This document shows positions 13,101 to 25,426 of a DNA stretch of 64,000 nt, in pieces. A program made the position numbers and the translations under genes. How positions within the stretch are numbered: the first letter of the stretch is position 1; each line of letters begins with the position of its first letter. The notes beneath the pieces are model-generated. The model was not told the DNA's origin. It was given only the letters and a program-made list of their open reading frames with translations, and did not search any database. The DNA is from Iphione sp. A-MEVVRFRX5 (taxonomy: Eukaryota). Location: contig OZ320313.1 of NCBI GenBank assembly GCA_976226885.1, positions 160,456,001 through 160,520,000 on the forward strand, in the 5' to 3' direction.

Positions 13101-14236
13101 GTACGCCATTCCTGGCGCGATACCAACTGTTATAATCAGTCAGCCTTTCATGCGTCTTGTCTCCTCAGGAGAGGGGCTCCCCCCTCCCCCACCTCAAACC
13201 CCTCAAGCTAAATGGGCCTCACTAGACGGGCGAGCTGTGCATGTTGGTGGGCTGCGAAATTGGCCTTGACCGGGCAGCAAAGTCACGCTTAATCACCATC
13301 TCAGTGGAGCAGCCCTTGACTTTTCTGACGATAGGGTCGTGGTGCCTTCATCAAGGACCCTCCTCCTCTTCAAAGTATGAGGCGAAAGGCGGCTTATCAG
13401 TTTTAATTGAAGTGTAGTTCCAGGTCCAGATGCCATGACTTTTTTCCTCTTAGTCGATCAGACTCGTGGATGTGGAACACTGGGTGCTTTTCAGGCGCCG
13501 GTGCCAGTCATTGTACAGCGGATTCCTTCTGTGGCTTGACAGTACTGCCTGCGAAATCAAGAGGAACTTTTTTCACTTACGTCTCACGTTCTGTCCATTT
13601 GACGTCACTGTTATTTCTGGTTTCTTGAAAAAAGAAAGGTAGGACCGAAAGGAAAGAGAAACGATAGTGTTTTCAAAGTAAAGTTACAACTCGTGTTCGT
13701 CTCGTCACAAACCAGATGAATATCACTAACCGTTCAAATCTGGTGTAAAAGTCACATGATGAAATTAGTTGACGAGCCATGTGGGACTCTCTTGTTCGGT
13801 AGGTGATTTTATAGGATATCTGTTGAGTAGGATCTTTGAGGAGTAGGATCTATCGTTTGTGCTGTGTGAGTAATCACCCCCAGAGGAAGATACTTGTAAT
13901 ATATATACATGTATAGAGAGAGCCGTCCGTGATACGGCTCAAAGCAGTTTCTCACTCATTATATCCTGCGATATGGACGACTTTCCACGATGCACTGTGG
14001 CGGCAGTTCCCCCCCCCCTCCGCCCCTCATCATCATTTAATGCCTTCCTTGGTGGGCGAAGCTACATCGCACAAAGGCGAGGAGGACACTGTCCAATAAA
14101 ACATTTGAAACCGAAACAAGTAGACCATCATGGAGTAATGAGGTGGGAGAGTCGCATGAGGAGCGCGCTAAAGCCATCCATCGAAAGTTCAGAGAGGGGT
14201 TTAGATTTTCTCCTTTCATTTGCCGCATAACCAGCA

Positions 14237-14783
14237 GTTTTCCTCATAGACCTCTGTCTTTTAACTTTTCAACAAAAGGTCTCCTTTTAAAGTGGCATTT
14301 TCATATGACTTATTAAGTTTAGGTTATGTTTATATTAATTTCTCTAATTCCAGAATTTGCCATACCCAAGGGAATTGGCTAAGCTACACAACGTATAAGA
14401 AATCAGTATGTATGGCTAATATACAAGACATGTTGCTGCCATGTCTGTGCCAGATGGAAAATTTGATAAACAATGGTAATTTTTCCAGATATTTCTAACC
14501 ATAGCTTCTCCTTATAGAACCACTCTCTTGATAATTTAACAGAAGGTCTCCTTTTGAAATGGCATGCTCATACGAGTTAAGTATGTTATGTTTGTATTAA
14601 CTTCTCTAATGCCAGAATTTGCTACGCCCGAGGAAATTGGCTCAACAACCATTACACAAGGTATAAGAAGCTATCAGTGCGTATTGCTAATATACAAGAC
14701 AAGTCGCTACCATGTCTGTGCCAGATGGAAAGTTTGACAAGCAACGTTAATTTTTCCAGATACATCTAAGCATTGCTTCGTCC
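14237..14783 (+). repeat. Diverged tandem duplication, 2 copies, period about 267 bp
   Basis: Colinear shared blocks include AAGGTCTCCTTTT (14276 and 14543), CCAGAATTTGC, GCTAATATACAAGACA, CCATGTCTGTGCCAGATGGAAA and TAATTTTTCCAGATA. Confidence 0.92.
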
Positions 14784-17700
14784 ACACCTAAAGCTATATT
14801 GAACTTCAAAGAGGCAGCCCTAAGCGGGACTTCATAAGAAATATTATATCATTGACCGTTTGACGTCTTAGGCTCAAACGATCCTCGGTGGAAAGAGGGG
14901 AGATGGGGTACATTCCTGCTCCCTGCTGATCTGTGCATGCGGCAGCCAGGCTCATGGAATAGTTCTAGTCGAACATATGCGGCTCAGGGTACCACCCTGA
15001 ACGAGGAGACCCATAAGGCAGTTCTGGGTTCTAAGACTCGTCTGTGAATTGGACTATGATAACCGCATCGGAACTTGAAGAATTCTTGCTGGGAAAAAAG
15101 GGGGGAGCGGGCATTTTGAAATAGAATGATGACTCATTAGCAGGCATCTTAATTTCGAAGATTCGGCGATCTCATGTTATCAGCATCCTATACTAGCGGT
15201 AGTCGAAAAACAAAATGGTCAGTTAGGGTAGGTCACCTACAGGTAGGATGTGTGGGTGGGGCGAGGGATAGCAACCATTAAATCACCTGATATTTCTTGT
15301 CTTGTCCTAGTCATTATCCTTTCAGACGCCATATTGTGGCTTACAGTGTAATGTCGCATGAAAGGGGCAGGTACCGGTTCCATACTTCTTCTTACTTAAC
15401 GTATGTCCCCACGAGGCATTACCCGCGGTACAAATAAGCCTCAGTACGTTGTCAAGCTGGACTACAAAAGACACTTTCCACATGCAAATCTTCAATCATC
15501 TCTTTTATGTGCAGATCTGGAAGAGCAAATGGAGAAATGTCGAAGAGGAAAACAAGGGGAGGTTTGCAAATGAACGACCAGCATGTCTGACAGGTAAAAA
15601 TAGAAGAAAGCTTGTGGCCACGCAAGAACGGAACGGAGAAAGGCTTGGAGAATCGGTTCAAGGCGGCAATAACGAAGAAATCGCTGAAAATTTGCAGTCA
15701 GAAACCCGAGGAAATGAAGCTACACCGGGGTCTTCATATTTTAAGGAAGAAAAAAGGAAATTATCCATTCTAGTTGAGGAAAATCTTATGGAAACCTGAT
15801 GATATCGCACTGCAGGGGCGAATTCCACAACTCCATATATATGGGTATGGGGCTTTTCACATGTATCCATACAAATGTCATGTAAATGGATCTGTTAGCT
15901 GCATAGCTAGCCCCCATGGGTTGTGTAAGGGAACGACTTACACATGGTTACCAGATGTTTTTTTCACTATAGAAGTCTATGAGGTAAGCATCCGTAACCA
16001 TAGAAAAGCCATCCTGGACGGGTTTCGTACCTACACAAACAGATGCATTTGTGTAGCATTTTAAGGATACGTGTGAAAATCCCTCATGCCAAGAAAGCCT
16101 CATGGAGAGTGCCTGTATTCATTTCCAATAATCTCGACGTCCTATAGTCTGCGATAACCAAGTGAAGCAATAAAAAGTAAGATCAAATTTCGTTTAACCC
16201 ATTTCGCTGTATTAGCAACAAATGGACAACCTGAGCCAGGGGGAAAGCTGGAAAGACGATACAATGCCGGGCGGATGGGGTGTCCTCCTGGAAAAGGTCC
16301 TCATTATTTGACACCAACAGACCTTGTGCATGTGGGTGGGTGTGAGTTAAGACTCTTACTTCGACATTTTCTCAATGTCGCTTGGACGTTTTGATATACG
16401 ATATCGGTACGTATCGCATAAGTTATCGTCTCCCCCTCCGTCCTTCCCATAGAATAGCTCGGATACTGGAGCTGAGAGAAAATTCTGCCAATACGGATGA
16501 GTTGCTGCTGATTTGACGGAAGAAATTCAGATGAGGACCACGTTAATACGGTGGTTGACGGGAGATGACAGAACGTTGACAAGTCCATTGGAAGAGCGTA
16601 GGATGTTTCATGTAGGGAAAAAACATAATTGAATGAACGTTTGTTAGGGACCCAGGTGTTTATTAAACCCGGAAGCACGACAGAATGCAGTAGATGTAAT
16701 ATTAGAGCAAATAGTATATAATATTGTGTATTTTATATTTCTGTTATGTGTCCATCTGCTTTGCTAACTGAGACTTCTGATTGAAATAACACCAGTCATA
16801 CAAGAAATGCTCACTTGCCGAATATTGTTTGCTTCTCGCTTATTAGACATCCGAATGTCGTCTGCTTTTGGCTGTCAGTCGACTATAACATAGATGCCAC
16901 CAAACTTGGAAATAACCAGATCCTCCGAGTTCATTTGTTGCAGTGTACGATAAATGGGAACGTACGTAGCCCCATTGGTTAATATTCGTATGACTTCAAC
17001 GTATAATTGGACTCTACTCTACGAAGTGTTGCCTGACAGCCAGTAGTCACCTTTTAGCCTCCTGTAAAATGTACCCCGTAAAGTGACACTTCCCACCACA
17101 CTTCAGATTACTTCACTAGTAAGAAATCTTCGTTATGCTAAGTACATCGAAGCACAAGAGACACGAAGGAGGCATCCTTAATAGACTAAACCTGAGGCTG
17201 AATCTCGTAGAGAGTGACCCTATGTGGCAAGCTAGACCGCCAACTGTTGTTTATAGTGCGAAAAATGGTCGTTTGCGAACATTTCAAAAAATATCTTACC
17301 AAATCGTTTGGTGTTCGTTGACGCACTCGTACATGCTTTTGAAGTAGAAGAAAGATGGTTTATATGGTGTTATTTTTTTATTCATCGAGATTGTCGAGGG
17401 AAGCTGTAGAGTATTATCAATCCTCGCCTGGACAATCCGCCTATCAGCATCACTGTCCACCCTTACCATGCGGTAATAAAAAAAAATCAGTTCCAAAATA
17501 ATATTATTTCAGCGCTGAATATTAATATTAATATTTTGACACGGCGCTCTAAGCAAAATAAAATTTTAGTCATGGACCGTTTTTTAGGCATGAAAACTGA
17601 CAATGAAAATTCATGATAATGACGATAATGGATCATTAACACTTTTTCCGTGAATAGTTTAACAAATAATTCAGGAATATCTGTGTCTCAGAGGAAAACA

Positions 17701-18803
17701 TTATTTAATCTAAATTGATTGCGAGCAGTATCTGACTTCGTCTCGCAAGAAATTTTGTCAACATGAAAGTGTGAAAGAGTTAATAAGCGCGTTGAAAAAA
17801 AACATGTTCCAATTTATACAATTCCACAATAAAAATGTATATTATAAGTGTGATAACAGTTTGCATGTGCCAAATTTGGTAACTTTCTTCTAGGTTCGAC
17901 ATTAAAACATTATTGCCAGGAAATATGAGGATATTGTCTGGCGGAGAGACATGGTACGTTTCTCTCATATCATTGGTGTTACTATTGTGTTCCTTCTGCC
18001 GACATTTGCGACCAGCGCCCTCTCCCCGCAGACGCTATATTTACAATATGATCTTGAGGGCCGGAGAAAAAAGGAAGAACACCTTCCCAGACGTGGCGAG
18101 TTTCGTCAGCGACGAATACGTTGACCGTGAACTCCTCCATCCACTCTCGATGCATGAGATCTGGCTTCTAACATTCTGCTGCATTAAAGCGTGACACATC
18201 TTTGATGAGAGGATCGCCAAATAAACAGAACTGAACTACGCATAGTGACAGTCTTAACTAGTCGTTCCTTTCCCAGAGCCGGCCCAAGACACTGACTCAA
18301 TACGCATTGTTGATGCGGCAAAAATAGCCGTTACAACTGAAAACCTATGCGAGTCTGGGATCAGATCCGCTGTTTGTGAAGGCTATTCCTATTGGAGCTG
18401 CGAGGAGAGTATTTATTATCATGAAATGAGACGGATAGGATCACAGGATAAATATCTGACTGTTACCATGGAGATGGCTGTTGTGAAATGTCAGTATATA
18501 TACCTCTCTGTCTATATATATATTGTACCTGGTTTCCTGCAAGGCATATGTATATAGAATAACGCAAAATGTATCCTTCTAGATGCTAGGATTACTGGGA
18601 GGAGGGCGTCTTTTTTAACTTAATAAAGCCCAAAATAGTCACGGTATTTCATTATTCCCTCAGAATTTCATGCAAGAAATATATAACTTCTATCACTAAA
18701 ACCCGTAGACAAAAGCACTCAATTTACAAAGGATGTGTTTGCTATACTTCTTAGAGGAATCCCAAGTAATACATTTTCACATCCCCTCAGTCGTGTGAAC
18801 GTG

Positions 18804-18804
<1 letters not shown>

Positions 18805-18838
<34 letters not shown>
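18805..18838 (+). repeat. (AC)17 microsatellite
   Basis: Read directly. Confidence 0.97.
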
Positions 18839-18840
<2 letters not shown>

Positions 18841-21117
18841 GCATATTAGCTGACGTATGTCTCTGATATTTAGCAATATGTAACGTCTCATGGGTGTGTG
18901 GCGTTTTGAAAAGAAATTCTCCTTAAACCTTTAGATTCGAGCACATAAGAACCATCAGCTGTATAGTTCTCTCTCGCAATGGTTAGACAAATAAGTGAAA
19001 CATCAAAAAGAAACCCAGTGAAGAACTGGATTATATGTCCTCACGTTGTTTTCATATCAGGCGGTCTCAGCAGCTATTCCATTCGCAATGAGGTGCTTTT
19101 TAAGCGCTCCTTTGATCAGGTCATAAACTGTCCTTTGGGTCTACCTATTCCGTACCCTTTCATACACCATACGGCGCAGGGTTCGATATCGTTGTCTTCC
19201 GTACTTTAAAAAAACCGCCTATACATTACTGGGTGGTGGAAACCAGCGTTTTTGGACCGCGCGCAACCGACGTGAGTGTTGTTTTTTTTTATTAATATAT
19301 AAAACCCATGCTCCATAGGCACCAGCCTGCCGTCTCTCCATCCTCTGCTATGCATTAACGGAAACATTAGGAGACACATCGAAACGCTACATTTAAAACT
19401 GCTCCTCTCCGTTTCTCTAAACTGGTTCCGCATCAGGAGCATATATGTAGGGCACTTCTGAGAGGCGGGAGTAATTCTCGACATCGTAGGGAATCCTCTT
19501 CAAAGTGTGTTTCTGCGTAAGTTGATATGTTTTATCTCGTGAATGTTTCATGCCCCCGCTCCCTGTGTGATAAAATCCCCTTGATTATTTTAGTATCACA
19601 ATATGTATGTTTTTTCCCATGTTGACTCGAGGTGTGTATCTTTTTAGATGTAAATATTGTGTATGCTCTTCTCTAATCATCGTCGCCTTATTTATTAAAC
19701 CTAGCTCAACGTTGTGTGCCACCCCCCCCCCCTACACCGGTCTCTCGCAAAAGATAATGTACATATCTCATATTAACTGACGAGTTAAAGGACCGTGTGT
19801 AACACTGATCCCTGAGGTACACCGCGAGCAGTGATCGCATTCGTCAGACTCACGAGGACGACTTTTCCCCCTAACCACAGTGGTACAACTAATTCACGCA
19901 AGTTAACTTTTAATGCAGAGTTTTTTTTAGACTCAGCATGATTTTTGATCTCCTTCCATACCTAATTGAATCAAATATCTGCTAGGCAGATTGAAATCGG
20001 TATGTTACCTTCACTGAAGATTGTAGCAGATGTGATGATTTAGATCATCCGTAATGCTTCTCCATCGATTTCCACTTCCGAAATCCATAGTAGTCACCAC
20101 ATAATAAGCCATTTGACAGCCATATAGTGTTTGATGAAGATCGTATGGATTTTATGCACGGAATGAAGTTACCCAGTTGTGGCATACAACCTGTTTGTCT
20201 ATTTCTGAATTGGATTTTCTGCTTTGCCTTCGTAGGCTCCCTTCCAACTAACCTTGTAATTAACCCAAAGCATTTCGAGCATTGCTAATTAGTTCCGCGT
20301 AGACATGCTGTCATTTACAAAAAGCAAATATAGTACAGACCACCACTGTGGAAACCCATCAGAAGAAAGACCTCCCTATGGATTGTGTATGTCAATGTGT
20401 GTGTATATGTGTGTTGGCGAGTGTGTGTTTGTGTGTGTGCATAGTATGAGTTTAGTTACAGCTTAGCCTACATCTTTCAACCTCGAGTTTCCACGAAAGA
20501 CCCTCCCCCCCCAGGAGTGTGTCCATTAATAATGTGCTTATCTGCCGGCACTGAGATGTGTGTTATGAGTCTTGAAGGCAATCTACGCACCTGTCTGCGA
20601 CCCACTGGCCGCCGTGCACTCAGGTGATGTATACACCCTGGGGGTAGTGGACCTCGGTAGCCGCCGAGAAACGAAAGGCCGGAGGATCCGGACAGAGGCG
20701 TGACAAATCCACTCAGGAAGGTGTCCCTCACCTGGGGGAGAGGGGGGCAGCCTTCGCTGCCTGTGGCGACCTTCCCAAATTGATAAGGCCAAGGGTCGTA
20801 TGGACCACACATAAAAAGCGGCCCTCCGTGAACCAGCTTCATATTTCACGCTCGCTCAGGCAAACAATTGCTCACAGTCACTTACTTGGCTCGGACTTGC
20901 TGGCCCTCGCTATAACAGCATGACAGACGGGCCGGTGGGAGACGGCAGTTCTCCCTGAGCAGCTCCATATCACACTTAGCATAAAGAGTGCATTAGCTCT
21001 GAGCAGTTGTGCTGCGAGCGGACGCCCTGTGACGCAGCGAGGACTGACCTCCTAGCAACGCCCCCCCCGTCCTTGTCGTGTTCAATATCGGCGCGTGTAG
21101 TAGTCGGGCTACGTTTA

Positions 21118-21208
21118 GGATGGATGGATGGATGGATGGGAGGATGGATGGATGGGAGGATGGGATGGTGGTGGTAGTGGTGGTAGTGGTGGTGGTAGTG
21201 GTGGTGGT
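21118..21208 (+). repeat. Compound (GGAT)n then (GGT/AGT)n simple repeat
   Basis: Imperfect GGAT array followed by a GGT array with AGT interruptions. It produces the His-rich run in ORF 20976..21395. Confidence 0.93.
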
Positions 21209-23107
21209 TGGGCGGTGTGGGAGTGTGGGTGGTGGTGGGATCTAGACTTGAGGCCAGCTGGGCGTGGGGATTGCAGCAGGCGGAGAAGGAAGAGGAACTC
21301 CTGAGGATGAAATAAAAGTACAGGCGTCGCATGCCAAGCAGAGATAGGCGCTCTCCCCGGCTCCCTGGTGAGGGACCGCCCCGACCGGAGAACACGCAGC
21401 CGATGCGCTGCGAGACAAGAGTCGGCCCTTCTCCCGCATCAGATCAGGGCTATTGGCCGGCTTGTCTCAGGCTAGGGCCAGAATGCCGCTGGACCCCCCC
21501 CCCCACCTCCACCCCACCCCCACCCACCCAACCCTTGCAAAAAAAGGGGCCTGGGGGTGGCATTATCTCGACTCTTACGCCTGGCTGTCTCCGCGCCCAT
21601 TTGTCTGCTAATTTGTCGTGATTATCTACTAGAGGCTCATTCGTCGGACATCTGGGTCCACGGCTAGCTGGTTCCATTATGGCGAAGGGGGAGGAGGAGG
21701 ACCCCCACAGCTCCCGAATAGGATGAGTTGAACTGGTAGCGGTGATTTACCGCCTCGATTCAGGGGATTAGATGGTGGAAGCCACAGAAATACATCTTAA
21801 AAGTTGTTTTGGTTGGGTTTTTTTTTATTTCAGTGTCGTGTGGTTCCGTCATGTTAACAGCCATTGTCGTATATATCGGCTAGCGATAAGCATCCACGAG
21901 TAAAATGTACTTCTGATTTATCACACGTTTTCATGCTGCTAGGGCAGCTCACTGTTTTGCAGCTTTCCCGTTGTGAAAAAAGGAGTAACTAGAATACATG
22001 ACACGGAAGCAAACGTGTGCCGCTCCCATAGTCACAAGTTTGCCATGTCCACCGCTATTAGTCTCAAATTTGTATACACGGTCATCTGGTTCGTTTTGTT
22101 TCGTTTTTTGGTGGAGGAGGAGGGCCTTAACATCCGATGTACCACGTGTTCTGACCGGGTTTTATGCGACAATGTGTTCCCATTGACTGTATGAACTGTA
22201 CGATAATATCATCTTTCCCATTTCCAAAGCCAGTTTATGTATCATATTGCCATGGCCATGTTCTCATTAATTGTTTTCTTTACTCGGATGTTCTTTGTAC
22301 TTTCCATTCATCCAGAGATTAATTAAGCTACAACTTTGACATCTATAGGGCATGTGGGATGATCAGTAATAAATCTTGAATCTGTATGTCCAATACGTAC
22401 AACTAAACTCAATGAAATACTTATTCAGTACATGTAATTATTTCAAAATTATGGTCAAAAAGTCCTCTTCCTCCTTTTCTGTTTTTGTCAGCTCATTGAA
22501 TGAGAAAGCTACAGCCTTACAGTAAAGTATGATTATGTACCACAGTTGGCTCTAACGACAGAGCGATTTTTATGATTCATAGGCAAGTTTTCTAAATGAT
22601 TTTTCTTTAAAAAAAGTAATATGCAGTTACACATACATGTATATGTATGCCTATATGCGATATTTCTGAAAATGCAACTGAAATATGTCTGTTTTATTCT
22701 TGCAGGTGAGCAAACACAGATGTTCATGTACAGTCTCAAGTATGTGCTAGCAGACAAGGAGGCTGTTTCTGTGAGAAAAGTCTCACAGATTGCGAGATAA
22801 GTTCGGCGATGCTTTCGTATTGCACTACATATTTCTTTGCATGAAATGCATTGCCTTTCGAGGCTGCAGATAAAGAAATACGTCACTGTAAACTAGAGAA
22901 CGTCAAGGGAGCGTTGTATTTGTGAAAGTCCCATTCTAGACTGCAATATCCGCGCAGGATCTCAAAGGTCAGCGTGTCTGTCCCTGCCAAGTAGGACGCC
23001 TTTTCACTCCTCTTCCGGTCTAGAGAGGGCGCGGCGATCGGCATGCCGGGCGACCGGCGGTTTAAAGATGGCCCCTTGGGCGAATCCGATTATACTTCAG
23101 TAGTGCC

Positions 23108-23121
23108 CCACCAGAGGGCAG
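23108..23121 (+). promoter_or_regulatory. Candidate CTCF-binding motif (exact core match)
   Basis: CCACCAGAGGGCAG is an exact match to CCASYAGRKGGCRS and lies in a CpG-rich island. Confidence 0.45.
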
Positions 23122-25033
23122 GTGGTGCGGAGACATGCGGGCGACCGCCAGACGCCAGACGTGAAACCCTCGCTGATTGGTTCACTTACCTCTCAATAGT
23201 TTAAGGAAAGTCAAAAAAAAGACTCGCCTCTTGGAATGCGTCCTTGGACAGGTGTCAAAATCACTGGAACGCATGGCATGTCATTCGTCTTTCCGTCTGT
23301 TCCTCCGTCAGTTTTTCTTCCTCAAAAAAAGATTTTCAGAACCCCCCTCTTTCCAGTAGATTGGCATATTTTTGCATTGGTGACATCAGAAAAAGATTTC
23401 GCAAAAGAAACTAAGACGCCTGTAATTAAGTGCGCGCTTGTAGCAGATTATGGATGAGAGCGTCCACGGCAGTGGGCGAAACTCTTCGAGTACAAATAAA
23501 AGCTAAATCCGTTCGGGAGTCGATATTTTGAGGACCACCCTCTCATTCGTAACCGTCACAAGGCAATACATATACATACACATGTATATACATGTGTGTA
23601 CATATGTACAAATGTATATCATAGGTGTATAGTATATAGATGCATACTGTTTTCAGAATCAGAATACTAATGAACATATTTTATTTAAAAAACAGCAACA
23701 ACGACAGATTACATTGCACTATACACAGCTGGCTGGTTATATGTATGCAGTAATATGCTTTTCACACATACACATATACACACAGGCAAGCAAGCACGCA
23801 CTTTGAGAAACGCCCTAACGTCCTTCCGGTCGGGTCTCTGAAAGACAGTGTTCGTCGTTGTGGATTGGTAGGAAGCCACTCTCACGTGACGTTAGACTGC
23901 ATGTATGCATAAAATACACCAGTACTGGCCCCTGTGAAACAGACATACGAGGTCGCTTCCAATGCGCTAGGTTTATAATTTCAGTTGTTGCCTTTAAGTT
24001 GTTTGTAGACGAAGAGGTGTTTTTTTCTATACATGCCGCTCGACGTTATTTCCACACTGTTCATTTGCATTCGCAAATTATAATCTAGCAGAAACTGCAT
24101 GTATTTTGTCCCGAGGTAGTCGGGTGGTTTATGCCGGTTCAGATTTATTCTCGTTGGCCATAGATTTTCCATGCCACATTTTCCCCCCCAGATAAATTCA
24201 ATCGTGTCCTCAGGTTGCTTTGAAACTCCACAGGATATACAATGTATTCAGTCGTATTCACTCTGAACATAACGTGCTCAAATGTTGCCATGCCAGAAAA
24301 TAGCAGTTTGGAAGTTATGGGCGATGCGCACTCGTGTAATTAGCTCATGCCAAGACCAAGACAGGCCTGTAGTTATAAATAAGTCCATTGACGTTTAACC
24401 AAGCTGCGGTCTGGTAATGAAACCTTTTTATAACTTTTTATAACATTTTTGGCCTTTATACACCATTCCTTATTTCATCACAGACCAGTCAAACATCCAC
24501 AGCATCTGGGTCTCTGACCGAACACTCATCAGCTTGTATCCCGCTGATCCTGAGGATGAGATCCCTTTGTCACGGTACACCGCTGAGCCTCACCCAGATC
24601 ACTGTTAAAGACCAACCGCAAATGGACATAATTTCTTGCTCTAGCCGTACTTTCGGCTTTTCAAACGAGGTTCACAAAGGACCTTCCTACATATCTCTGA
24701 CGTCACCTGTACCTACACCCCGCCACCGTACCTGCGTTTGATCAAAGTCGGATCTCTCTTTGAGTAAACCCATCAGCCAGAAAGAAAGCGAGGCACTCAG
24801 ACACAGACGGGGGACTCGCCGTGCATTCCGTACGTCTTCGCAGGTGGTCCCGTCCATTACTTCTCGTGTGCGGTGCTCTAACTGGAAGTACCTCTGGCGT
24901 TTACGCCTCGTCAGCCCCAGCAGGGGAGCTGCTCGCTAACACGGAACAGTCCCCGAGGCAGAGGCAGAGGTTGCTTTTCAGGCCAGAAAATTGTTGTAAT
25001 GAGCAAACTTTGAAGCCCCTCTTACCTAATACT

Positions 25034-25426
25034 GCAAATGCTATGCACATGGAAGGTCTGGGCCGTGATTACCCACAGGTATCTCTGAACTTTTACAAAT
25101 GATTGATACTGGGGGGTCTGGACGGTGATAATCCACACGTATCTCTGAAATTTTATGAATAATTACCACAGGTATCTCTGAACTTTTATGAATAATTACC
25201 CACAGGTATCTCTGAACTTTTACAAATGGTTGATACTGGAAGGTCTGGCCGATGATTACCCACACATATCTCTGAACTTTTATGAATAATTACCCACAGG
25301 TATCTCTGAACTTTTACAAATGATTGATACTGGAAGGTCTGGACAGTGATTATCCACATGTATCTCTGAACTTTTATGAATAATTACCCACAGGTATCTC
25401 TGAACTTTTGCAAATGATTGATACTG
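25034..25426 (+). repeat. Higher-order minisatellite (27-bp core with alternating 7-bp and 33-bp linkers)
   Basis: Eight copies of the core ATTACCCACAGGTATCTCTGAACTTTT. Linkers are ATGAATA (S) or ACAAATGATTGATACTGGAAGGTCTGGACGGTG-like (L), in the order L,S,S,L,S,L,S, partial L. Confidence 0.95.

Noticed and set aside
25034-25426. CRISPR array (27-bp direct repeat with ~33-bp intervening sequences)
   Set aside because: The intervening sequences are themselves repeated (only two types, one of just 7 bp), there are no cas genes or leader, and the context is eukaryotic.
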